DNA from: Anaeramoeba ignava BMAN
Lineage: Eukaryota; Protista; Anaeramoebae
DNA: 64,000 nt
Direction: 5' to 3'
NCBI GenBank assembly: GCA_028826165.1
Contig: JAPDFW010000104.1
Span: forward strand, 1-64,000
How positions within the stretch are numbered: the first letter of the stretch is position 1; the number at the start of each line of letters is the position of its first letter. The notes beneath the pieces were generated by a model. It was given only the letters and a program-made list of their open reading frames with translations. It ran no database searches and was not told where the DNA came from. A program made the position numbers and the translations under genes. This document shows, one piece after another, positions 36,886 through 46,766 of the stretch.

Positions 36886-37797
36886 TTACTTATCATCTCT
36901 TTGATATGTCATCAAGACATATGAATTCGATTTCCGGCAAGGATTAGGAATAGTCAAAGTTGTCGAATCATCAAAAACTTGAAAATCTCCAGCATTTCTT
37001 TCATCTTTCACTTCAGTCCAGAAATGACCTCCCTTTTGCTTCTTGTTCTTCTCCTTGGTGATGAATTGATCCCCAAAATGACAATGAGTTTGACATAGAA
37101 CTAGAAGGAGAATAAAAATTATTAAGTTGAATCTTTCTTGGAACTTGTATTCTTGCCATATTTTTCTTTCTTCCTTCAAAATTGGATCATAGAAGCTTCT
37201 TTTGACAAATATCATGAAAAATTTGGGAATATGAATTAAAAATTGGAAAGAACTTTGAACTTTTTGACAATGTTCACAAAATAGGAGATTGTTTTCATCA
37301 AAGTAATTTTTTGAGAAAAATGAATTGAGCAATTCTATTAAGTTACAATCTTTTTCACTTTCTAAACTTAGCAGTATACCTGTTTCTTGAGGAAAACTAA
37401 AGGAAAAATGTTTACATTCCAAGCATTTCACTTTTTGAAAGAAAAATAAGAAAAAATCAATCAAAATAATTTTGTTCCATAAATCTAAGATGTGATACAA
37501 GAGATCATCTTGATTTGGAATATCTAAAATTGTTTCCTTGTTCAATAATTCAAATAAATTAATAAAAAATTCGTGTAGATCTTGTTGGTTCAAATTATCA
37601 AAATTGACAAAATGCTTACCTACTTCCTTTCTCAAATCTTGGACTTCTATATATCTTTCGTTTGAATTAAAAATATCCCATAATTTTTCTGAAATATCTC
37701 TTAAAAGAAGAAGATTTCTAGCCAATGTCCTGATCAAAATCTGGACAATTGATGCGATATAACATGAATTTCCAGAGTTGGGGATTGTTTGAATTAC
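36886..37797 (-). CDS. Ubiquitin-specific protease (peptidase C19) domain, transposon cargo
   Basis: Cys box TIPNSGNSCYIASIVQIL just 5' of the called ORF, QQDLHEFF, CLEC/CEHC zinc ribbon, PKFFMIFVKR, His box GGHFWTEVK...FQVFDDS, SYVLMTYQR. The frame is open from an AG acceptor at 37798-37799. Confidence 0.88.
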   Translation of the reverse strand, partial: VIQTIPNSGNSCYIASIVQILIRTLARNLLLLRDISEKLWDIFNSNERYIEVQDLRKEVGKHFVNFDNLNQQDLHEFFINLFELLNKETILDIPNQDDLLYHILDLWNKIILIDFFLFFFQKVKCLECKHFSFSFPQETGILLSLESEKDCNLIELLNSFFSKNYFDENNLLFCEHCQKVQSSFQFLIHIPKFFMIFVKRSFYDPILKEERKIWQEYKFQERFNLIIFILLLVLCQTHCHFGDQFITKEKNKKQKGGHFWTEVKDERNAGDFQVFDDSTTLTIPNPCRKSNSYVLMTYQRDDK

Positions 37798-37870
37798 CTA
37801 TAAAACACAATATTCAAAGAAAATCAGAAGAGAAGCACACAAAAAGAAAATATTTTCTTTTTAGTTTTAC

Positions 37871-39519
37871 CTGGTTTCTCTATTCAAATTTTGGTTTAAA
37901 GGGAAGTAAATTCTGAATTTCTAATTCAGGAATCTTGTTAGATTTGTTTTTCTTTTCAATTTGTTGATTTTCGTTATAAATTTCTATCATTTGATTTTTC
38001 TTTTCTTGCTTTTTGTAATTTTTGGCTCAGAAATGGTCGCTTTTTTGGTTTCTTCTTTTTGTTGATTATCAACCTCCTTTTCGTTCTCCTTTCTTGAAAT
38101 TGGAAGATTTTGAGATATTGGCTGTATTAATTTTGAGTGATTTTTCATTCACATCTTGAATCTGAAAATTATGATTGGCTAAATCTTTATCATAAATTTG
38201 AATCTTCTTGATTATTGGAATTCTTCTTTTACGTCCTCTTCTTTTTGGGATTAAACCAGGCTTCAAAATGACCTTTATCATAAAAATAAATGAGTTTTTC
38301 AGATATGGAATTCCTTGTGTGTAGGAATATTTAATCGAACGGTCAACTGACATAATTGTTGGAAAAAGTGTTCTTCAGAGTTTTCAGATAATTATCTAAC
38401 TCTTCAATTGTTCTTATATTCCCAAAAGCTTGATCTATTTCTTGAAATATTGCCGAAATGGGCATCACTGTAATTTTTACCATGATTTGTGAGAAAATAT
38501 CCAATGGTAATTTTCTTAAAATTAGAAGAGAAGAGTTGAATTATTGTTGGAATCACCAAATTATTTTTGAGACTAGATCCTCCATCACTAAAAATTGAAA
38601 TGCTTTCATAAGAATTTAGTTTTTCGTTGTTTTTGATCTAAAATTTGTGCAAATTTTCCTAAAGATTCCATCACAAATACCGAATCCTAAAACAAAATTA
38701 AGATTTTTTTAAGTTTTTCTTGTAAATTCTAAATTCTAAATTCTATAACATTACTTTGCTTTTCTCTTCTGAGATATAATCGTAATATTCAAATTCAGTT
38801 CCTTGAATTAAACATATATTGAAGATAACCCATGAATTTTTGATGTAAAATTCTTGAGTATTCCACCCATCTCGATATTCTTGTATGTTCTCTCCGAAAT
38901 CTAAAATAATAACTAGTTTTGTGGGATCTTGTACTTCATCTTTAAAGAAATTTCTCATCATTTGAACTTTATTTCTGTGATTCGCCACTTTTTGAGGATT
39001 AGGATTTGCACACTTTTCACATTGGAAGAAAATTGGTGTATTGTGTTTCAAACAGAAATAATGACTCGAATAAAAGCAAAATTTTCTATAATCTACATTG
39101 GGTAATGAATCAGATATTTGCTTGAAAATCCTTTTTTTAGAGAGGCCTGTTCTATAAGTTGGAATTTCTTTCCTGGAATAAAAATCTGTGTTTGAGAACG
39201 TTTGTAAATGTTCTAGGATTCTAAGTAAGGCTGATTCTTTTGAATCAAAGTTGCATCTTCCTTCATTCTTCTGTTGCTGTAAATTCAAAGGAATAAGAAG
39301 GCGATGATGTTGTGACCTACAATGTCTTTGAATTTTCCATTTAGAGATTCCTTGGAGTTCTTTATCGCATATTGAGCAATATACAGAAAAATTGGTCTCA
39401 TTCAAAGTAAGAAATGAATTCTTGTGGATAAATTGCTTTACTGTTCCATTTACTTCCTTTTTTAGGTTTTTTTTAATCTTTGATTCATAATTTATGTGTA
39501 AAACCCCAATATTTTCCAT
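37871..39519 (-). pseudogene. Sola2-like DDD transposase with an N-terminal C2H2 finger and C-terminal linker; disrupted by frameshifts and stops (decay or assembly error)
   Basis: CSIC..RHCRSQHH finger; CEKC; ILDFGEN (D1); intron after SEEKSK, then DSVFV; SIFSDGGSSLKN (D2, about 38590); HGKNYSDAHFG (D3, about 38470); IRTIEEL; KRRGRKRR. Confidence 0.72.
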
Positions 39520-39813
39520 AAACTTCTAAATCCTCATGTTTCTTCTTGACCAAACCAACAAAGATTTCCAAACTCGAATTATTTTTGATTTCAATTTTCT
39601 TTTGGAGAAAGAAAATAGTAGAATGATTTTATTTCATTCCTCAAGAAAAAGATGAATGAAATTTCTTTCCGGAAATTTTTGAAATTGATTATTTTTCAAC
39701 TTGAAAAAGCGCAAATTTGTTTGAAAAAGTAACAAAAAGTGACATTTCAAAAAAAAAAAGAAAAGGAAAAATGGATCAAAACAAGCAAAAATTTTTCTTT
39801 TAAATTCAAATTC

Positions 39814-39952
39814 AGGAAAAAAAAAATTAAATAAGATCTTTTATTAAAATTATAGGAAAAAAAAATTTAATAAGATCTTTTATTAAAATTATAGGAAAAA
39901 AAAAATTTAAATAAGATCTTTTATTAAAATTATAGGAAAAAAAAAATTTAAT
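39814..39952. repeat. Subterminal direct repeats of about 40 bp (AGGAAAAAAAAATTTAAATAAGATCTTTTATTAAAATTAT), 3.5 copies
   Basis: Copies start at about 39814, 39854, 39893 and 39934. Confidence 0.85.
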
Positions 39953-40033
39953 TGAGAATAGAATAATTTTTGGGGCATGAAAGGCTTTCAAAGGCTTTTT
40001 TTTTTATTTATTTTTTTGTGCCTCGAATCTCTC

Positions 40034-40500
40034 ATATTTATTATTATTATATTTATTATTAATATATTTAATATATTTATTATTATTATATTTATTATAT
40101 TTTTTATTAATATATTTATTATATTTATTATTAATATATTTATTATATTTATTATTAATATATTTATTATATTTTTTATTAATATATTTATTATATTTAT
40201 TATTAATATATTTATTCCACTTTTTATTTAATATATTTATTATATTTATTATTAATATATATTTATTATATATTTATTATTAATATATTTATTATTAATA
40301 TATTTATTATATTTATTATTAATATATTTATTATATTTATTATTAATATATTTATTATATTTATTATATTTATTATTAATATATTTATTCCACTTTTTTT
40401 TATTATTATATTTATTATTAATATATTTATTATATTTATTATTATTATATTTATTATATTTATTATTATTATATTTATTATATTTTTTTTTAATATATTT
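40034..40500. repeat. AT minisatellite, right half
   Basis: Same unit as 36200-36636. Confidence 0.88.
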
Positions 40501-40533
40501 ATTAATTAAAATTGAAAATAAATTTAAGTTGAT

Positions 40534-42247
40534 TTATTTATATTTTTGATTATGTAATTCATTAGCAATTGTAACTAAATTAGGTACAGATTCATTTAAT
40601 TGAAAATAATCCATTGCTATTTCTAATTCATTTATAATCTCTTTTGTCAATTTAAATCCATTATCTTTAATTTCATTTGTATATAAATAATAAATCAAAA
40701 TTTCAAAAGCTTCATCACTTAATTCACTATAATCTGTAACTTTATTTGATTTATCTTCAGTCACAGATAAAAACATTCCTCGATATAATTCACTTCTTGC
40801 TATCAAAACTAATTTATGAACTAGAACATTCTTATTACCTCTTTTGATAGTGAAATCTTTGCTTTCTTTATCATAATACATTCTCTTCATTGCTTCATTT
40901 AATCCTTCTTTCCAAAATTTATATCTCTTCATTTCTTGTTTTGAATCAATATCAATATCATAATTCCCATAAATCATTTCCAATATTTCTTTTGCTTCTT
41001 TTTCATCTTTACTTTGAATTAATAATTTAAGATTAGTGATATTTCTCGAACCAATTCTATATCTCAAAATAATATCATGAACTGGAATCCTCTTCTGATC
41101 TTTAGTTACAAAACAATAATCACTAAACTCTTCATTTCTAAAAAAATTAACAAAATCTTCATTTAAATTTGAAATCAAAGAATAATGAAGAAATGATGTT
41201 TCATATCCACATCCAATATCATAATTAGAAACATTAAGCCAGAAATTATCAGTTTCAATTTCAACTGGATAAATCTTATTCTTTTTTATTCCCAATTCCC
41301 AACTGCCCAAAATCATTTTTCCCAAATGCAAAAAGTTTCCCTTTTGATGTTAATATCAAACTATGTCCTTTCCCACTTGAAATTCTATCAATATTTAAAT
41401 TATCAAGTAAAGGTGATCTAATCAAAGTAAAAGAATTAATATCACCACAATTATAAATCCCATTAGATATTGAATTTCCACATGAATAAACTCTTCTTTT
41501 CCCATCTTCTCCTGAAATTAGCATTATTGAATGAGCATTTCCACATTGAATATCAATTATTTTGCCTTTAGGAATATTTTTAAGTTTTGTAAGTTCACTA
41601 ATTTTTTGAATTGATGTATCTAATCCAAGTTGACCATAGCTATTATTCCCACATCCAAACAACTCTTTTTTTGAATTCAAAATAAAAACATGACTTGATG
41701 AATTTCCTGTAAAAACTTTAGAAACATCTTTCATCATTAAAATTGCTTGTTTTTTTTGATCATTTAAATTATTTCCAAGTTGTCCAAATCCATTTTCTCC
41801 AATTCCATAAACATTTCCTTTTGAGGTTAATAAATAAACTGAAAAAGCTCCACAAATCACATCATTCACATTTTGATCTTCAGGATCTTCAATTCTTTTG
41901 GAAATATTGATAAATTCATTTTGAGATTGTTTTTCTGATTTAGTGATGATATTTCCTGATAAATAAACTTTTTTTTCATTTGTTAGAATTGATATAATTT
42001 TGTTTCCTGTTGATATCTTTTCAATCTTTTCATTTCTAATTGATATTTTTTTTTTGGAATTTGTTTTATATTCTTCTGCTTTGCCATTTTGATAAAGAAC
42101 AAATATTGAATCACTTCCTATTATTTGTTTAATTTGATATTCTTTTTTTAAATTTATTTGGATTGGCTTTTTAATTTTTGAAGATGAATTTTTAAGAATT
42201 TTTGAAAAAGTATTAAATCCAAAAATTCTAATATCTTTTCTTTTCAT
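40534..42247 (-). CDS. RCC1-repeat plus tandem BTB protein, divergent paralogue, with one frameshift in an A-run at about 41285
   Basis: GENGFGQLG, GNNSYGQLG and GKNDFGQLG RCC1 blades; FSDYCF..PVHDIIL and KDFTI..VHKLVLIARSELYRGMF BTB domains. Confidence 0.85.
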
Positions 42248-42366
42248 TTTTAATTTAGGAAAAAAAAAATGAAGGAAAAAAAAAAGGAAAAAAAAAATTT
42301 TTTTAATCCAAAAAAAAAAGGATAAAAAGGAAAAAAAAAAAGGAAAAAAAAAAGAAGAAAAAATTT

Positions 42367-44076
42367 TTAATTGAAATAAACTTCAACTTCTGCAATATTC
42401 CAACTCTTTGATCCTGCAAAAAAATTCCTAGATTCTTCTCCATATTTCATTCCTAAAGGCATTTCAAAACCTTGATCTCGATATCCAAAATCACTTATAC
42501 CTTTTTTTGTTGATAAATCTTTAATCCCAATATATCCTCCATTTCCAAACCAAATTGTATTACTTGGACTTTGATAAATACATGATCCATTTAGATAATT
42601 AAACTTTGAAGGTGGATAATTTGTTGGATTTTTCAATGTAAAAATAAATGCATTTTTATCAACTTCCCATTTTCCATTTGATTTAAATCCTTTAGAAAAT
42701 CCCTTTTTCGGAACAAATCCAATTTCAGTAAATCCTCCAAAAATACAATTATTTCTTGTTTTGATAATTGCTAATGATTCTGTTTTTCCTTTACATCTTG
42801 AATAAAATTTTTTATTTGAAAATCCATCATTTATTGCTGAAAATCCAAGTTCCATCTTTTTAAATAATTCATCATTTGATATCCATTCTTTTAAATATTG
42901 AATGTAATTAGTATCTTGAATAATTTTGGATTCTTTGAAAACTGTTTGTAAGATTTCTTGATTTTCTTTTTCTTGATTTTCTCTCTTTTCTTGCATTTCT
43001 TTGTATTCTTGTGATTCTTTGTATTCTCTTTCTTTTTGTTTTCTTTGAATTTCTTTTTCTTCTTGAATTCTTTTTTCTTCTTGAATTCTTTGTTCTTCTT
43101 CTATTCTAATTTGTTCTACTTTTTTTATCTGTTCTTCTTTTTGAATATCTTTTAAAACTAATTGTAATTCTCGAAATTCTTTCTCTTCTTTTTCTCTTTG
43201 TACTTGTTCGAAAATAAACCTCATTTCTTCAATTTGTTGATCTTTTTCTTTCTTTTCTTTTTCAATTCTTTTGATTTTTTCATCTTTATCTTTTTGCATT
43301 TTTGAAGAAAATAGATAAGAAATGAATTCATTTGGAATCATTTGATTTTCTGAAATTTTTTGGATTGTTATTGTATCTATATTGATTAAGTTTTGAATTG
43401 TTTTGATTGTAATTTGATCAATAAATGTTTTCATCGTTTTCTTCTTTTCTTTTTCTTTTTCAACTTTATTTGAAACCCATTTTTCTAAATTTTTAATTAA
43501 TGTAATAATTGGAATTTCATTTTGTTTTTGTGAATCTTTTTGAATAATTTCAATAATTTTGGAAATTGATTTTTGATTTAATTTTTCAAATTTTTCATTT
43601 TCTAATATAATTTTCAAATTATTTTGAATAAATTTATCACATTTCTCTTTTAAATTAATTGATAAATTATTAAATTTTCCAAAAATTTCAAAAAAATAAT
43701 TTAAATTAAAATCTTTAATAATTAATTTTTCAATTAATTTATAAAGTAATTCTAATTTAAATTTAATTGAAAGATTTAAAATTTCAATTAAATTCAATTC
43801 ATTTATTTGAATATTTCCTGTATAAATAAATTGAATAATTTGTTTCATATTTTCTTCTGAAATTTCTTTAAAAATAATTTCTTCAACTTGATTTTCTTTT
43901 AAATAAACATCAAAAAAAGGAGATTGACAACTTAATATTGATTTATGACAATTAAATTCTTTTAAATTTTCTCCAATTTTAAGAGTAATATCTGAATAAT
44001 TTTGATTTGATTTTATTAATTTTTGATAATTTTTAATTAAATTTGAATTAATTTCTTTTTGATTAATTGAATCCAT
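42367..44076 (-). CDS. BTB-coiled coil-TLDc protein
   Basis: YSDITL..FNCHKSILSCQSPFF...FIYTG (BTB); FSAINDGFSNKKFYSRCKGK..IFGGFT..AFIFTLKN..EVEVY (TLDc). Confidence 0.9.
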   Translation of the reverse strand: MDSINQKEINSNLIKNYQKLIKSNQNYSDITLKIGENLKEFNCHKSILSCQSPFFDVYLKENQVEEIIFKEISEENMKQIIQFIYTGNIQINELNLIEILNLSIKFKLELLYKLIEKLIIKDFNLNYFFEIFGKFNNLSINLKEKCDKFIQNNLKIILENEKFEKLNQKSISKIIEIIQKDSQKQNEIPIITLIKNLEKWVSNKVEKEKEKKKTMKTFIDQITIKTIQNLINIDTITIQKISENQMIPNEFISYLFSSKMQKDKDEKIKRIEKEKKEKDQQIEEMRFIFEQVQREKEEKEFRELQLVLKDIQKEEQIKKVEQIRIEEEQRIQEEKRIQEEKEIQRKQKEREYKESQEYKEMQEKRENQEKENQEILQTVFKESKIIQDTNYIQYLKEWISNDELFKKMELGFSAINDGFSNKKFYSRCKGKTESLAIIKTRNNCIFGGFTEIGFVPKKGFSKGFKSNGKWEVDKNAFIFTLKNPTNYPPSKFNYLNGSCIYQSPSNTIWFGNGGYIGIKDLSTKKGISDFGYRDQGFEMPLGMKYGEESRNFFAGSKSWNIAEVEVYFN

Positions 44077-44128
44077 TTCTTTTTTTAAAAAGAAAAAAAT
44101 GAAAAAAAATGAAAAAAAAATTTAATTA

Positions 44129-46071
44129 TTAAATTTTGATAAAAGTTTTTTTCCTAAATTTTGTATGTTTTCATTATTAGTAAACTTATTCAATGCTGTT
44201 TCAATTGATAGATTTCCATTTATATTTTTAAATTCTTGTATATCATCTAATTAAAAAATAAATAAAAATAAATAAATTTTAAATTAAATTTTTTTGGAAA
44301 TTATAATTAAATACTTAAATCAAAATTGATTTTATTTAAATAAAGAATTGATTTTTCTTGAATATTTTCATTATCTTCAAAACCTTTCATTGCTTCTAAA
44401 ATAATTGGAATTCCTCTTAAATTCTTATCTCTAAATTTATTTACTATTTAAATATAAATATTAATTTTTAAATTTATTAAATTATATTTAAATTATTTTT
44501 TACTATTAATTTTATCAGAAAGTTGATTTAAAACAGAAATTCCTGTTTCTTGAATTCTTTCATCTTGTTTATAAAAAGAAATTTTCTCTAATACTTGATC
44601 AAATGGAAATGTATCTATTTTGATTAATTTTAATTAATTTTAATTAATAAATTCCTCTTTTTTTTCTTTTGGTTTTTTAATAATTTAATTTAAATCAACC
44701 TTTTGTTTTATCATTTAAATAATCTTCTAAACTTTTTTGAAATGTTTTTTTTTCTTTATCATCTTGAATAGATTTTTTAATTTCATTTAATCTATCATTC
44801 AACTCTTTAATTTGTTTAGCTTTTTTTTGATTAATTTCATTTATATCAACCAACTTATTATTCAAAATGGTAATTAATACTTCAAAAGGTAAAAATGAAT
44901 TGAATTCAAAACTATAAATTAAATCGGGTTGAATTCCCTTATTTTCTTTAAGATCATTAACAAATATAAAAAAATTTTCTATCGATTCATGTTTGCGTTC
45001 TTTTTTTTCTTTTTTTTCTTTTTCTTTTTCTTCTTCTTTTTCTTCTTGTTCTTCTTTTTCTTGTTTTTCTTTTTCTTCTTTTCTTGTTTTTTCATAACTT
45101 TTGTTAAATTTTTCTGCCAAATCCAAAAATAATTTTGTTTTATTCTTTGCATCACTTGAATAAATCAATTTAATAATCTTAACAAAATTTTTATCATCTA
45201 ATGTTCCAAATTTATCCTTTTCAATAAAATTACCAATATCTCCAATTAATTTTTGGCAAACAGACATAAGATAACGAGAACCAATATCACAACTTTTAAA
45301 ATAATATTCAAGTGGATTAAAGTCTTTAGTTTGTTTTTTAATAAAATTTTCAATTTCTTTTTCTATTTTGATTTTAAGAGTTGTGAGTATAAATAAATGT
45401 GCAAGTTGATAAATTTTCTCAAAATTGTTATTATTAATTTCAATTTCTGCTGTATAAATGAAATGAATAACTTTTTCAACAATTTCTGGTTCAAAATCTG
45501 GTAAGAAAAAATGTGGATTTTTTTGACTATGATTTCTTATATACATAAATGGTGATCTTGAATTTAATGTTAATTGATGACAAAGTATTTTCTTTTGTTC
45601 TTTTCCTGCATAAATGAAAAAATCATAATCTTTTTGTGTTTGATAAATTAATTTTTGATGAGCTAGAAATTCATCTACTAAAAATTTATTATATTCTTCT
45701 AATGGCATTTCATAAAGTTGATTTTTATTCATTTGTTTTATATTTTTTAATTTATTTTCATTATCAATTTCATTTTCATTTTCAAATTCATTTTCATTTT
45801 CATTTTCATTTTCATTATTACTTTCAGAATCAGTTTCATTTTCATTTTCAAATTCATTTTCATTTTCATTTTCAAAATCAGTTTCATTTTCATTTTCATT
45901 TTCATTTTCAGATTGATTTTCAAATTGATTTTCATTTTCATTTTCAAATTGATTTTCATTATCATTTTCAGAATCAGTTTCATTTTCATTTTCAAATTCA
46001 TTTTCAAATTGATTTTCATTATTTTCATTATTACTTTCACTTTCACTTTCACTATTACTTTTTGAATCCAT
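44129..46071 (-). CDS. Acidic N-terminus, BTB, coiled coil and C-terminal ARM-like repeats; 4 exons
   Basis: BTB YDFFI..CHQLTLNSRSPF..FIYTAEI. The ORF splices at ACAAAAG|GTTG through three phase-1 introns to exons encoding QDERIQETGISVL, GIPIILEAMKGFEDNENIQEK and IETALNKFTNNENIQNLG; stop at 44129. Confidence 0.8.
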
Positions 46072-46289
46072 TTTGCTTTATTTTTTTTGTTATTATTTAA
46101 TAATTTTATTTTAATTTAATTGAAAAAAAAAAAACGGAAAAAAAAAATGAATTAAAAAAATTTGGATTTTTTTTCCTTTTTTATTTAAAAAATTAAATCA
46201 AAATTAAATCAATTTTTTTCATTAAAATTTAATTTAAAAAAAGAATTTATGTTAATTTTATGTTAATTTATTATTTCCTTTTTGAAATA

Positions 46290-46730
46290 AATTAATAAAA
46301 ATATTTTTATTTAAAAATATCAATTTATAAATCTATTTTAATTTATAATTAAATAATGAAATCAACTTATAAATCATTTTTAAATATTATTTTAAATTAA
46401 ATATTAAATTAAAATTATTCTAGAAAATTAAATAAATTTATTAAATTAATAAAAATATTTTTATTTTTAAAAATATCAATTTCTAAATTTATTTTTAATT
46501 TATAATTAAATAATAAAATCAATTTATTTATTATTTTTAAATATTATTTTAAATTAAATATTAAATTAAAATTATTCTAGAAAATTAAATAAATTTATTA
46601 AATTAATAAAAATATTTTTATTTAAAAATATCAATTTCTAAATCTATTTTAATTTATAATTAAGTAATGAAATCAATTTATAAATCATTTTTAAATAAAA
46701 TTTTAAATTAAATATTAAATTAAAATTATT
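46290..46730. repeat. AT-rich tandem repeat of about 155 bp, 3 copies, in a divergent intergenic region
   Basis: AATTAATAAAAATATTTTTATTT...AAATTATTCTAGAAAATT units start at about 46290, 46444 and 46601. Confidence 0.8.
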
Positions 46731-46766
46731 TTCATTTTTTTCATTTTTTTCATTTTTTCAAAAAAT

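Larger units (their letters stand above)
36637..40033 (-). mobile_element. Sola2-like cut-and-paste DNA transposon carrying a USP deubiquitinase
   Basis: ATAT duplication at 36633-36636 and 40034-40037. Termini 5'-GAGAGA...TCTCTC-3' with imperfect TIRs (GAGAGA-n6-GAGGCA-AAAA versus GAGAGA-n3-GAGGCA-CAAAA). Removing the element restores the host repeat. DDD transposase motifs inside; visibly more GC-rich than the flanks. Confidence 0.8.
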
